Source of the DNA: Candidatus Daviesbacteria bacterium
GTDB taxonomy: Bacteria; Patescibacteriota; Microgenomatia; Daviesbacterales; UBA10151
Length of the DNA: 64,000 nt
Reading direction: 5' to 3'
Assembly: GCA_016176415.1 (NCBI GenBank)
Contig: JACOXH010000003.1
Span: forward strand, 12,419 to 76,418
Positions 26,234 to 36,423 of this stretch are shown piece by piece (position 1 is the stretch's first letter; each line of letters opens with the position of its first letter). Made by a program: the position numbers and the translations under genes. The notes beneath the pieces are model-generated. The model saw nothing but the letters and a program-made list of their open reading frames with translations, made no database searches and was not told the origin of the DNA.

Positions 26234-28326
26234 TGAAAATGTATACCTGTCCAATGGATCCGGATGTAATAAAAGATGAGCCCGGTAATTGCCCAAAGTG
26301 TGGAATGAAGCTGGTAGTAATGGGGGATCATGGCGCCCACGAGGGTCATGCTTCGATGGAATATGATTTTAGAAAGCGCTTTTTTATCACACTTCCTTTT
26401 GTAATTCTTTCAATCTTTCTTTCCCCGATGATCCGGATGTGGCTGGGGATTGATGTGGCGATTCCTTTTGGGGAAATGCTGCTTTTTGTAGTCGGCGCTT
26501 TTATCTTTTTCTACGGCGGTTGGCCTTTTTTCATTGCAGCCAAAGGTGAGATATCCACCCGCAACTACGGCATGATGACTTTAGTGGCTTTTGCCATTAC
26601 TGTAGGATTTACCTTTTCAGTGGCAGCCACGTTTCTATTCCCCGGTGAGTCTTTATATTGGGAAATTGCAACTTTAATTTCGGTATTTTTGCTGGGACAC
26701 TGGCTGGAAATGAGAGCGGTGAGAGGCGCTACCGGCGCTTTGGCAGAACTGGCTAAACTGATTCCTCCCTCAGCGCACCTTTTAAAGGATGGCAAGGTGA
26801 CTGATGTGCAGACAAGTGAACTTAAGATTAAAGACGTGGTTTTGGTCAAACCCGGTGAAAAAATCCCGGTTGACGGCATTGTGATTGATGGAGAAAGCTC
26901 TGTTAACGAATCAATGGTGACAGGGGAATCAAGACCAATCGGTAAAAAGAAAGGTGATAAAGTAATCGGAGGCACCATCAATCAGGATGGATCGTTGACA
27001 ATTGAGGTTGCCAAAACAGGCGCAGATACTGCCGTCTCACAAATTATGAAGCTGGTCAGGGAAGCTCAAGCCTCAAAGCCCAATGTCCAGCATTTGGCTG
27101 ATAAAGCGGCTAATGTTTTGACATTTGCGGCTATTATTGCCGGTGGTGGAGCATTTTTATTTTGGTTTTTCATTGAACCCAGGGGTGCTGTTTTTGCAGC
27201 CACTTTGGCAGTTTCAGCAATTGTAGTGGCTTGTCCTCATGCTTTGGGACTGGCTATTCCTACAGTTACAACTATAACTTCTATGCTCGGGGCAAAAAAC
27301 GGCATTTTGATAAAAGATATGAAGGGTTTGGAGATAGCCAGAAAAATAAGTTATGTAGTTTTTGATAAGACCGGCACTTTAACAAAAGGGGAATTTGGAG
27401 TTGTTGATGTTATTCTGAACGAAGTGAAGAATCTCAAAATTAAATCTAGAGATTCTTCGCTAATCACTCAGAATGACATATTAAAATTGGCGGCGGCTGT
27501 AGAGGTTCAATCACAACATTCGATTGCCCAGGGGATTGTTAATGAAGCTAAAAAGAAAAATCTGGAGATACCGCAAGTTAAAGAGTTCAAATCTTTTCCC
27601 GGTAAAGGAGCGCAAGGCAAAGTTGACGGCATGACTGTGGCTGTGGGCAACAAGGTCTTAATGGAAGAGTTGAAGGTCAAAATGGAAGATCTGAAAACAG
27701 GGAAAAAAGGCAATACCCCGATTTTTGCTGCCATTGACGGGAAGCTGGCGGGAATCATTCTGCTGGCTGATATTATCAGGGAAGAATCAAAAGAGGCGGT
27801 AAAAAGGCTTCATGATATGGGAATAAAAACAGCAATGTTAACAGGTGATGTTAAAGATGTAGCAGATGAAGTAGGGAAAGAACTTGATATGGATACTGTT
27901 TTTGCCCAGGTTTTACCTGAAGATAAGGTGAATAAAATAAAACAGCTGCAAGCGCAAGGTAATATAGTGGCAATGGTAGGGGACGGGGTGAATGATGCCC
28001 CTTCTTTGACTCAATCACATGTAGGAATTGCTATTGGCGCAGGAACTGATGTAGCAGTGGAATCTGCTGATATAGTGCTGATGAAAAACGACCCGATGGA
28101 TGTGGTTAAAGCCATATCTTTGAGCAGAAAAACCAACAGCAAAATGATTCAAAATTTAATTTGGGCCACAGGTTATAATGTATTTGCTATTCCCACTGCA
28201 GCAGGGGTTTTGTATTTGAATCTGGGAATACTTTTAAGACCTGAATGGGCAGCTTTGCTTATGAGCGCATCATCAATAATTGTGGTTTTTAATGCCTTGC
28301 TTTTAAGAAGAGCAAAGTTAGATTGA
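26233..28326 (+). CDS. copB: Copper-exporting P1B-type ATPase (CPH motif, CopB-like)
   Basis: [38 protein letters not shown] and MSASS motifs. Confidence 0.9.
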   Translation: MKMYTCPMDPDVIKDEPGNCPKCGMKLVVMGDHGAHEGHASMEYDFRKRFFITLPFVILSIFLSPMIRMWLGIDVAIPFGEMLLFVVGAFIFFYGGWPFFIAAKGEISTRNYGMMTLVAFAITVGFTFSVAATFLFPGESLYWEIATLISVFLLGHWLEMRAVRGATGALAELAKLIPPSAHLLKDGKVTDVQTSELKIKDVVLVKPGEKIPVDGIVIDGESSVNESMVTGESRPIGKKKGDKVIGGTINQDGSLTIEVAKTGADTAVSQIMKLVREAQASKPNVQHLADKAANVLTFAAIIAGGGAFLFWFFIEPRGAVFAATLAVSAIVVACPHALGLAIPTVTTITSMLGAKNGILIKDMKGLEIARKISYVVFDKTGTLTKGEFGVVDVILNEVKNLKIKSRDSSLITQNDILKLAAAVEVQSQHSIAQGIVNEAKKKNLEIPQVKEFKSFPGKGAQGKVDGMTVAVGNKVLMEELKVKMEDLKTGKKGNTPIFAAIDGKLAGIILLADIIREESKEAVKRLHDMGIKTAMLTGDVKDVADEVGKELDMDTVFAQVLPEDKVNKIKQLQAQGNIVAMVGDGVNDAPSLTQSHVGIAIGAGTDVAVESADIVLMKNDPMDVVKAISLSRKTNSKMIQNLIWATGYNVFAIPTAAGVLYLNLGILLRPEWAALLMSASSIIVVFNALLLRRAKLD
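27408..27478 (+). repeat. Family B inverted pair, in-frame in the ATPase
   Basis: TGTTATTCTGAACGAAGTGAAGAATCTC ... GAGATTCTTCGCTAATCACTCAGAATGACA; encodes [23 protein letters not shown]. Confidence 0.85.
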
Positions 28327-28342
28327 AAAGAAAGGAGGAAAT

Positions 28343-28534
28343 ATGTTTGGACTTTTCGGCGGAGTAAAAGACCCGGTTTGCGGGATGAAGGTGGATAAAA
28401 AAAGCCAGTTCTCGACAGAGTTTAAGGGCCAAAAGTATTACTTTTGTTCTGAAAATTGCTTAAATCAGTTTAAAGGAGCTCCGGAAAAATATGTCACTGT
28501 TCAAAGCAATCATTCCCAGAGTTGCTGCCACTAA
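28343..28534 (+). CDS. YHS-domain metal-binding protein
   Basis: KDPVCGM..YYFCSENC; C-terminal CCH. Confidence 0.88.
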   Translation: MFGLFGGVKDPVCGMKVDKKSQFSTEFKGQKYYFCSENCLNQFKGAPEKYVTVQSNHSQSCCH

Positions 28535-28560
28535 AGTATTTTTTTTGGTAAAATTAAGCA

Positions 28561-29475
28561 GTGAAAAGATTAATTTTTTTAATCCTGATACTTTTTCTTG
28601 GAGCCTTCTCTTATTTACAGGCACCTTTTTTAAAGGAAAATTATAAAAAACTAATGTATTATTCTCCCTGCGATAAGCCTTTGGGGTACACAATCGGAGA
28701 AGTAGATTCTGAATTTGGTATTTCCTCTGCTGATTTTGCTCAAATTGCAAATGAGACAGCCCGGGAGTGGAATGAAGCTTATGGGAAGCAATTACTAGCT
28801 CCGGATTTTAAAGCAGAACTGGATATTAATTTACTTTATGATGAAAGACAGTCTTCAAAAAGCAAAGTAACCAGCATTAAAGATGAGGTGCAGCAGGATA
28901 AAGCAAAGCTGACTCCGACAATTGGGGAATATGAAAAGAAAAAAGGAGAATTTGAAGCTCGTATAACCTCCTTAAATGAAACAGTCAAACGCTGGAATGA
29001 ACAGGGAGGAGCTCCTGAAGAGGAATATAATAAACTGATTGAAGAGCAAAAAGCCTTAAAGCAGGAGGCTGATCAGTTAAATGGGTTGGCCAGGTCTTTA
29101 AATAAATCAACCTCGCAGTACAATGCCAAAGTAGATACTTTAAGACAGGCAGCTTCTGATTACAACTCAACTATTCAGATCAAACCTGAAGGAGGGATTT
29201 ATAATCCTCAAACTCAAAAAATTGAAGTTTATTATGGAAATGATCAGGATGAGTTGAGACGGATTTTAACTCATGAATTTGGACATGCTTTAGGATTAGG
29301 TCACAGTCAAAGTCCTGATGATATTATGTATTTTGAATTTAGCGGCAGAGACAGCAGTATTTCCAAAGAAGATATTTACTCACTTGAAATAATTTGTCAG
29401 CAAAGAAGCAGGCTATTTTTACTTCAGGAAATTTTACAGGAACGCATACAGGTTCTCCTGCAAACGTTCCTGTAA
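28561..29475 (+). CDS. Matrixin-family zinc metalloprotease with a coiled-coil insert
   Basis: HEFGHALGLGH plus Met-turn DIMY. Confidence 0.85.
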   Translation: MKRLIFLILILFLGAFSYLQAPFLKENYKKLMYYSPCDKPLGYTIGEVDSEFGISSADFAQIANETAREWNEAYGKQLLAPDFKAELDINLLYDERQSSKSKVTSIKDEVQQDKAKLTPTIGEYEKKKGEFEARITSLNETVKRWNEQGGAPEEEYNKLIEEQKALKQEADQLNGLARSLNKSTSQYNAKVDTLRQAASDYNSTIQIKPEGGIYNPQTQKIEVYYGNDQDELRRILTHEFGHALGLGHSQSPDDIMYFEFSGRDSSISKEDIYSLEIICQQRSRLFLLQEILQERIQVLLQTFL

Positions 29476-29476
29476 A

Positions 29477-30127
29477 TTAAATTTTTTCCAATTCTGCTGA
29501 AAGTTCACTGTTTCTGACTGCCATAGAAACATCATCTCTGACAAATCTTACAACACCTTCTTTATCAATTAGGACATAGCTGTGTCCGGGGTATTGCCCT
29601 TTATGCATAGATGAAGGGAGCGTTAAAACTCCGTAACTTTTGGAAACTTCTCCTGCGGTATCAAAAAGTACAGTAGCTTTGGCCAGTTCAGGCATTTTGT
29701 TTACAGCATAGTTCCAGTCTTTTTGCGGATCAACAGTAATACTTAATATCACTGCTTTTTTGCTGATTTCACTGTCTTTGCCAAAAGCTGCAATTTGATT
29801 CCAGCAGGATGGATAACACATTAGGCCCTCGTTAAAAAAGAGAATGACACTTTGCCCTTTTAACCCGCTTAAGGTAACCTTTTTTCCGTCATAGTTTTCC
29901 AAAGTAAAATCAGGTGCGCTTTTGTCGACTAGACTATCAAAAACAGCGGAATCGACAGCAGTTCCCCCTCCATGATGACTGTCCATTGAGTCTGCCTGCT
30001 GGCTTGCATTTTTTGTAGCCGAGCCATTGTTGTTAACATTGATTTCTATATTAAAGTTACTGACAATTAAAACGAGCGCTACTATAATACCGGTAGCTAC
30101 AATTGCAATCATTTTGGTTTTACTCAT
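29477..30127 (-). CDS. Membrane-anchored peroxiredoxin/redoxin-fold protein
   Basis: APDFTL..VTLSGLKG..MCYPSCW. Confidence 0.75.
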   Translation of the reverse strand: MSKTKMIAIVATGIIVALVLIVSNFNIEINVNNNGSATKNASQQADSMDSHHGGGTAVDSAVFDSLVDKSAPDFTLENYDGKKVTLSGLKGQSVILFFNEGLMCYPSCWNQIAAFGKDSEISKKAVILSITVDPQKDWNYAVNKMPELAKATVLFDTAGEVSKSYGVLTLPSSMHKGQYPGHSYVLIDKEGVVRFVRDDVSMAVRNSELSAELEKI

Positions 30128-30998
30128 TTATTTCACCCCCTTTTTTTAAATTAATAAATTGTTTTACAGCAAAATAAGTAATAGTTAAAGTAATGACACT
30201 GAAAATTGCTGCCCAGCCTATCTCAGGAATAACAGAAGTAAACTGACTGATGGATTTAATTAAGTTTGTCATATAAATATTTAAAGCCACCTGATATTGA
30301 GAATGAGAAGTAAGTTGGCTGGTTCTGGCAAGGTAAATAATAATTATTCCCAAAACCAAAAACATCAGTCCTGAAAATAGGTTGGCTAAAGTTAAAGATA
30401 TTTTTTGTCCCAAAATTGTGTAAGAAATACTTTTCCTGAAGGCAAAAAACTTCTTGGTAAAATCTACCTTGTCCAAAAACGCAGCAATAACAAAAAGAGG
30501 AATCACCATTCCCAATACATAAGCTAAGGTATAAATTCCTCCCAGCAAAACTGAACCAGGAAGAGCAGACAGGGCCAACACTCCTGCCAAAACAGGCGCG
30601 CAGCAGGTGGTAGCTATGGCAGAGAATATCCCTAGCACATAAACAGAGATGAAATCCTGCCTTTTAAGCTGAGGGTGGACACTGAAAGGCAGAGAGAATT
30701 GTTGTCCGGTAAGTAAAGTCATTCCAAGGAGAAGCAGGAATATTCCTCCTATTAAAAAGACAATGTCATGATACTGGCTGAAAATTTGAGTTAAAAATGA
30801 AACTCCAAGTCCAATGGGAAGGAAAATAGTTAGTATCCCCAAAAAGTAAACAAATGTCATCAAAAATACTGTGGATTTTTGTTTAAAAATAGAGGCAAAA
30901 TATGTCGGAAGAAGTACTGTGATACAGCAGGGAGCAAAAAGAGCAGCGATACCTGCAACGAATGAAGCTATAAATGATGCGCTTACTAAAAGATCCAC
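30120..30998 (-). CDS. CcdA/DsbD-type transmembrane electron transporter
   Basis: FAPCCITVLLPTY and TTCCAPVLAGVL motifs. Confidence 0.8.
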   Translation of the reverse strand: MDLLVSASFIASFVAGIAALFAPCCITVLLPTYFASIFKQKSTVFLMTFVYFLGILTIFLPIGLGVSFLTQIFSQYHDIVFLIGGIFLLLLGMTLLTGQQFSLPFSVHPQLKRQDFISVYVLGIFSAIATTCCAPVLAGVLALSALPGSVLLGGIYTLAYVLGMVIPLFVIAAFLDKVDFTKKFFAFRKSISYTILGQKISLTLANLFSGLMFLVLGIIIIYLARTSQLTSHSQYQVALNIYMTNLIKSISQFTSVIPEIGWAAIFSVITLTITYFAVKQFINLKKGGEINE

Positions 30999-31423
30999 TT
31001 AAAACTCCTTTCCACCCCTCCGATATTTTTAACTTTTAACTCTACTGATTTTGGTTTTGGGGAGATTGGGTTAAATTTCAAAGTTCCGTTACGGTGCTGG
31101 CCTCCGGGAGGGGCGCCTTCCCATGAGACAGCAGTGTATGATTTACCCTTATCATCAATTAGTTCAGAAACAGTTACCAGGTCCATATCCAATTCTTCAG
31201 AGTGGGTATTTAAACTGATTGCAAAATTCCAGGTGCCGGTAAAAGAGGGGGTAACAGCAATAGAAACCGGTCCTTGTGTATCCTCTTTTGTCTCAAAGCT
31301 TGTGGTTTGCGCTGTAGGAGCTGCCTCGTTTTTTGAGTTAATTTTAATGGAGAAGTTGTCTTTTAGGACAAAAGCCAAAACCGCAACTAAGGCAATAATG
31401 TAAACTGGCCAGATCTTTTTCAT
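30986..31423 (-). CDS. Hypothetical exported protein
   Basis: N-terminal TM segment; LNTHSEEL and WEGAPPGGQHR. Confidence 0.7.
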   Translation of the reverse strand: MKKIWPVYIIALVAVLAFVLKDNFSIKINSKNEAAPTAQTTSFETKEDTQGPVSIAVTPSFTGTWNFAISLNTHSEELDMDLVTVSELIDDKGKSYTAVSWEGAPPGGQHRNGTLKFNPISPKPKSVELKVKNIGGVERSFKWIF

Positions 31424-31848
31424 GATTGTTTAGAAAATTTTAGCACCTTGTTTCCCAAATATAAAATCCCCAAAAAATTAAACAATAAACCAAGCCAGAA
31501 AAATTTAACCTGATATTGACTGATAAAAGTTATTATTCCTGCAACTCCCAGTAGGGGAAGAATATTAGTCAGGTAATGGGCACAGCAGGAAATCATAGCA
31601 GCAGTGGAAGTGGTACCTGTGGCTGTCAAAACATGTCCGGTTTGAGCCCTTTCTTTGATGAGGTTTTTAAGGTGTGTATAAAGGCCAAACTGTATTGCAA
31701 AACCTAAAGCCAAGCCTGTTATGTAATACCAGAATTTTGAAAACTCCTCCAGGGCAAATGTCCACCCTGAAATAAGAGTCAAAAGGGAAAAATAAACGGT
31801 TAAGAGAGCAATAAAAGCTAAAAATCCTTTTAAAATTGGTTTGCCCAT
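31420..31848 (-). CDS. Hypothetical membrane protein with a CCAH motif
   Basis: AMISCCAHYL; four TM segments. Confidence 0.7.
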   Translation of the reverse strand: MGKPILKGFLAFIALLTVYFSLLTLISGWTFALEEFSKFWYYITGLALGFAIQFGLYTHLKNLIKERAQTGHVLTATGTTSTAAMISCCAHYLTNILPLLGVAGIITFISQYQVKFFWLGLLFNFLGILYLGNKVLKFSKQS

Positions 31849-31870
31849 ATAATCAGTTTAGCATAAGTAA

Positions 31871-31887
31871 TACTACAATGTGTAGTA
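31871..31887. promoter_or_regulatory. BlaI-type operator TACTAC-N5-GTAGTA
   Basis: TACTAC-AATGT-GTAGTA within a 23-bp palindrome upstream of the 31848 promoter. Confidence 0.75.
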
Positions 31888-33003
31888 TTACTTTCTGTTA
31901 AAAAATGCCGCAATCGCTGTAGTAATTGGTACTGCTGCAACCAGCCCTAAACTGCCTACAACAGTTCTTACAATTTCCGTTGCTATCATTTCCCGATTAA
32001 GCAGCACGTTAATAGGTTCTCCGCCGTTTAGAGTAAATAAAAGCAGGAGCGGCAAAGATGCTCCGGCATAAGCCAACACTAAAGTATTTACCAGTGAAGC
32101 AATATGCTCTCTTCCTATCCTTAAACCTCTTATGTACAACTCTTTCCATGAAAGATTCTTATTGGCATTCTTCAGTTCAAAAACACAGGCTGACTGACTG
32201 ATGGTAATATCGTCAAGCACCCCCAAAGAACCGATAATGATGCCTCCCAAAAGTATGCCTTGTAAATTTACCTGCATGCCGGGGAACATACTTAAAAAGC
32301 TGGCCTCTTCAGAACCAAAGCCTGAAAGTTTGCTGGCGCTGACAAAAAGAGAAGCCAAAAATGCTGTCAGTATTAAACTGAAAAAAGTGCCTAAAACTGC
32401 AGCTGTGGTTTTTTTACTGAAACCATGAGCAAGATATAAAGAGGCAATGAGAATCATTAAAGAGCCTGAAACGGCAATAAAAACAGGATCTCCTCCTGAA
32501 GCTATTTTTGGAATTATGTATTTAATTAAAACAATTAAGGAAATAACTAAACCTATAAACGAGCTTAGACCCCTTAATCCTCCAATTGCCACTACAGAGA
32601 CAAGAAAGGCAATCATCAGTAGATAGAGAGAGTCTGTCCTGATAAAATCTGCCACATAAAACTGCTCGCTGCCATCAATGTTTCTGATATGAGCTACTGA
32701 TATTTTGTCACCAACTTTAACTCTTTGATTGTCATTAGTTAAAACAAGGCCGCCCATTTGAGCTTCTACTTTTTGTCCTTTAAGCGGGCCTTCGGAGATT
32801 GCAGCTTCTACTTTTTGAAACGGTTGTTTAACTCCCGGTCCCACTTCATTTTCCCCTTCTTCCAAAATTGCAGTCACTTGCGCTTCGTGTCTTTCTTCAG
32901 GCGGAGGAGTTTCGGCCGGCATTTGGGCAAAAACAGTCTTAAAAGAAATAAAAAGTATAAATAGTGATCCGCCTAAAAAAATAATTTTTTTCATTGCAGA
33001 CAA
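31888..33003 (-). CDS. YibE/F family membrane protein
   Basis: IGSLGVLDDITISQ, HIASLVNTLVLAYAGASLP and EIVRT motifs. Confidence 0.88.
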   Translation of the reverse strand: MSAMKKIIFLGGSLFILFISFKTVFAQMPAETPPPEERHEAQVTAILEEGENEVGPGVKQPFQKVEAAISEGPLKGQKVEAQMGGLVLTNDNQRVKVGDKISVAHIRNIDGSEQFYVADFIRTDSLYLLMIAFLVSVVAIGGLRGLSSFIGLVISLIVLIKYIIPKIASGGDPVFIAVSGSLMILIASLYLAHGFSKKTTAAVLGTFFSLILTAFLASLFVSASKLSGFGSEEASFLSMFPGMQVNLQGILLGGIIIGSLGVLDDITISQSACVFELKNANKNLSWKELYIRGLRIGREHIASLVNTLVLAYAGASLPLLLLFTLNGGEPINVLLNREMIATEIVRTVVGSLGLVAAVPITTAIAAFFNRK

Positions 33004-33006
33004 AAA

Positions 33007-33561
33007 TTAAAGGGGAGCTTTTTCAGGACCTCTGTTTTCATTTGTTTCCATAAATGTTTTAATCTTATCTTCCTCTATGGTTTGAAGTTTTAAAAGTCTG
33101 CCCCATGAAGTTAAAACAATGGGCGCATCATCGAGGCTTTCCCGGGGAACCATGATTTTTTTGCTGACCGGTACAGAAGAAAAGATTCCTTTTAGTTTGT
33201 TAATTTCTTCTTTTGACAAACCCAATGTGCCTGATTGCGTTGACTCTCTGTACCAAAGAATAACTGCTCCGTGTTCCATGCTGTGAATTAAATTGCCGTC
33301 AGGTATGGCTTTTTCATAAATTCCAGCATCTGCAGACTGGGCATAATGAGGACCTGAAGTTGGAGGATTGGTATTATATGTGGCAGTTTCGTTACTGGGG
33401 ATATGTTGTGCTCCTTCATCAGGAATAACTTCCCCTAATTTAGGCTGAGTTAATTTTGCTTCCTCTTTTTGGGTCTGGCTGGTTAAAAACCAGACAGCTC
33501 CTCCCAAAATAAGGATGGTTACTACTATTACAGCAATGATAGTTTTTGAACCTGTGGTCAT
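33007..33561 (-). CDS. DUF3105-domain protein
   Basis: YNTNPPTSGPHY and HSMEHGAVILWY motifs. Confidence 0.85.
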   Translation of the reverse strand: MTTGSKTIIAVIVVTILILGGAVWFLTSQTQKEEAKLTQPKLGEVIPDEGAQHIPSNETATYNTNPPTSGPHYAQSADAGIYEKAIPDGNLIHSMEHGAVILWYRESTQSGTLGLSKEEINKLKGIFSSVPVSKKIMVPRESLDDAPIVLTSWGRLLKLQTIEEDKIKTFMETNENRGPEKAPL

Positions 33562-33779
33562 TTTTTGGTAACTACAATATTAACATTAAAAATTTTGAAA
33601 ATGTTGCTGAAGTAATCCGCCTTCCAAAGCAGGAACTGGTTTGTTAAAAATCCGGCAATAATTAAACCTATTAGAATTTTTTTAACAGGAACTTTGGGAA
33701 TGACTATTTTTAAATCCTCTTTTTCAGGTTGAAGCTTGTTAAGTTCCTCTTCAGATATAGAGCTAAATTTAATTTTCAT
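33558..33779 (-). CDS. Small single-TM hypothetical protein
   Basis: 73 aa with ATGA overlaps on both sides. Confidence 0.6.
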   Translation of the reverse strand: MKIKFSSISEEELNKLQPEKEDLKIVIPKVPVKKILIGLIIAGFLTNQFLLWKADYFSNIFKIFNVNIVVTKK

Positions 33780-35020
33780 CTTTTAAGTCCGTGCATACCG
33801 TCAGGTCCTGCTCCTCCGTGAGATTCGTGCGGCAGGGCGCTTTCATTGCCCGTTGCCAAAAGGTAATCTGAAAGCATACCTTTGGGATACCACAGCGCAT
33901 ACCAGCGGTGAGATTCTCCCACCATCTGTTCGTCTGTGTATTTATCACCATAATTTTGGATCATAAAACGGTAAAAACCTCTGACTGCTTTGGCATGGGC
34001 GCAGCCACAGTTTTTATTCATAGTCACTCTGTCAGCGCTGCCGCAACAATAGCTGCAGGTCATCATGGTAGAAATTAATTTTTGATATCTTGTTTCCTGA
34101 TCGCCGCTTAATTTTATAGAAGCTTCGTACGCTCCCCATTTGTTTTGAGCATTAATTGGGTCATCAAAGGAAACATCATCAGGAGCATAAAATGGTTTGC
34201 CTGTGGCAATCATTACTACCTTTGCATCAGTTAAAGCATTTGCGCTATTGGGGTTGGCTGGCACTTCAGTGATTGTGGGCCACTCATAAAGCACAGTTGT
34301 CCTCCCGTCAGGATTTACCTTTGGAGCAATAATAGTGAAAGACGATTTAGTTTGAATTCCCAAAAGACTGGCAACAATGCCTTTATGAGAAGTCATACCC
34401 ATATGGGCTGCAATTTGGGCCATTAAGATTTGATTTCCTAAAAATAATCCTGCAAGTAAGAAAACGAGAATATTTTTAACAGGAACAATAATGGTATGAG
34501 GTCCTTTTTGTTTTGCCACTTTGTGAGTTATATCGTTGCATTCTTTACAATGAAGGGCAGATTTTACCCTCGACAGACTGTAAAAAAGGGAACCTCCTAA
34601 AAGAACAAGACTTAAAATTTTAAGTTCCAGACCTTGTAGCGGGAATACAGATAATCCTCCGGCCACACCGATTGCAGAGAGTAAAAATGCTCCGCATACA
34701 GGGCAGCCCATACTGAAAGCAGATGCTACCAACCCCCCTAAATTAGCTGTCATGTTTTTAGTCTGACTTAAAACCGAGTGGTTAAAAAGCCAGACAACAG
34801 CAGAAACGCTGATTCCGGACAAAAAGATAATTATGATTGTGGCAGCAAAATAAATTATGCTGTATAAAAGAGTAGAATTTTCCAAAAATCTTTGGATACT
34901 GGTAGTCTGATAAAAAAGCCAGTATGAAATCAATGAAAAAACAACAGTGGTAAAAAGGGCAACATATTTGTAAAAAGGTTTTCGCAGTATTATTTTCAGT
35001 GCTGCAAACAGTTGCTTCAT
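33776..35020 (-). CDS. Cys-rich membrane protein of unknown function
   Basis: GCPVCG, CKEC, CSYCC and CGCAH motifs. Confidence 0.75.
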   Translation of the reverse strand: MKQLFAALKIILRKPFYKYVALFTTVVFSLISYWLFYQTTSIQRFLENSTLLYSIIYFAATIIIIFLSGISVSAVVWLFNHSVLSQTKNMTANLGGLVASAFSMGCPVCGAFLLSAIGVAGGLSVFPLQGLELKILSLVLLGGSLFYSLSRVKSALHCKECNDITHKVAKQKGPHTIIVPVKNILVFLLAGLFLGNQILMAQIAAHMGMTSHKGIVASLLGIQTKSSFTIIAPKVNPDGRTTVLYEWPTITEVPANPNSANALTDAKVVMIATGKPFYAPDDVSFDDPINAQNKWGAYEASIKLSGDQETRYQKLISTMMTCSYCCGSADRVTMNKNCGCAHAKAVRGFYRFMIQNYGDKYTDEQMVGESHRWYALWYPKGMLSDYLLATGNESALPHESHGGAGPDGMHGLKR

Positions 35021-36150
35021 TTATTTTCTCCCTGTGGTGTTGGCGCTGCCTGACCTGTTATTTGATTGGTTACAAGATCCTTATATATCACTCCCTGAAG
35101 TTGCTGCATTTCCCTGAAAACATACCAGCCGTCGGCTTCCACAGTCCCTACGTTTTTCCAGACATTCTTTAAATTAGCATACTGATCTGCATCAGCGGAT
35201 AGTAATACAGTAGGAACTTTGGTTATATTATATCTGCTAATTAAGTTTTGTCCCTCAAAAGAGGAAATATCAACAGCCCGTTCATAATTTAATGCTATCC
35301 CATAACCTTGAGTTAAAATTGGTTTTTGCACCTGATCTGCTTTATAACAGGCAGGACAAGTTGAGTCTACAAGATATGTTAAATTAACAAGTCCCATTAT
35401 TTGATTTTTTTCTAAATCCCTGTAAGGTAAAAACAAATTCCTTGCTATATATGTTTTATCCTCTTCAATAGTGCCAATATTTGTCCAACTGGATTTAACG
35501 TTGTCATACAAATCTATATCAGAAGAAAAGAGGAAGGTTGGGATTTTGGTGATTTTATACTGATTAATAAGTTTAGTTCCTTCATAAGAATTATAACTGG
35601 CTTCTCTTTGATCAACTATTTTTATCCCTGCTTTTTTAAAATTCTCTATAGTTAGTTTAGGATCGATACATTTAGGGCAGGAAGGATCAGTTAAAATGGT
35701 GGCTACAACTTTGCCTTTTTCCTCGCGGCTATCAGCATCAACAAAAACAGGAAGGACTTTTTTAAAGACAAAAGTATCTGCTTTGATCTCTCCGTTATTT
35801 TTTACATAGCTTTCTAAATTACTTTTTGTAACCTCTCCTGTTACAAAGTAGGTAGGCACTTTTGTAATTCCCAATTGTTTTATAGAGGAGGCAGCTTCTT
35901 CCGAATCAAAGTTTAAGGTTTTTTCTTCCTCAACTTTAACATTTTGTTTTTTGAAATCACTGACAGCTTTTTCAACATCAAAACAATCAAGACAGGAATC
36001 GGTGGTGATTTTTACGATTTTTACATTGGCAGGGCGGGCTTCCTCTTTTGCGTCAGCAATATTTTTTTCAACCAAAGAAAGCGTTTTTGTTGAAAAAAAA
36101 GCGCCAGCTAAAGCCGCAACGAATGCAACAACCAAAAAGATTTTATTCAT
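35017..36150 (-). CDS. Exported protein with three tandem CxxC thioredoxin-like repeats
   Basis: CLDC, CPKC and CPAC, each followed by an ITK(V/I)PT cis-Pro-like motif. Confidence 0.75.
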   Translation of the reverse strand: MNKIFLVVAFVAALAGAFFSTKTLSLVEKNIADAKEEARPANVKIVKITTDSCLDCFDVEKAVSDFKKQNVKVEEEKTLNFDSEEAASSIKQLGITKVPTYFVTGEVTKSNLESYVKNNGEIKADTFVFKKVLPVFVDADSREEKGKVVATILTDPSCPKCIDPKLTIENFKKAGIKIVDQREASYNSYEGTKLINQYKITKIPTFLFSSDIDLYDNVKSSWTNIGTIEEDKTYIARNLFLPYRDLEKNQIMGLVNLTYLVDSTCPACYKADQVQKPILTQGYGIALNYERAVDISSFEGQNLISRYNITKVPTVLLSADADQYANLKNVWKNVGTVEADGWYVFREMQQLQGVIYKDLVTNQITGQAAPTPQGENK

Positions 36151-36157
36151 AGTTTAA

Positions 36158-36394
36158 TTAACAACCTCCTACCATTGATTCAGGTACATCGCTGTTGCCT
36201 CCCGTACCGGTTGTACCGGTATTAGAATTTGAAGCAGGCGCTGTTATAGCTTTAGTAGTAGCAGTTTTGGAATTTATCCTTACCAACTGGATGGTTTGAA
36301 AAACAGTGATTAGGGCAATAAGAGCTAAAACTATTGTCTGCAAATTAAGTTTTGGTACACGCAGTACGTAACTATTGTTATTCGTAAAAAACAC
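36158..36394 (-). CDS. Small TM protein ending MVGGC
   Basis: One TM segment, Thr/Gly linker, terminal Cys; start codon uncertain. Confidence 0.65.
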   Translation of the reverse strand: MFFTNNNSYVLRVPKLNLQTIVLALIALITVFQTIQLVRINSKTATTKAITAPASNSNTGTTGTGGNSDVPESMVGGC

Positions 36395-36406
36395 CCCCTT
36401 TCGTAA

Positions 36407-36423
36407 TACTACCTAGTGTAGTA
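36407..36423. promoter_or_regulatory. BlaI-type operator
   Basis: TACTAC-CTAGT-GTAGTA. Confidence 0.75.
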
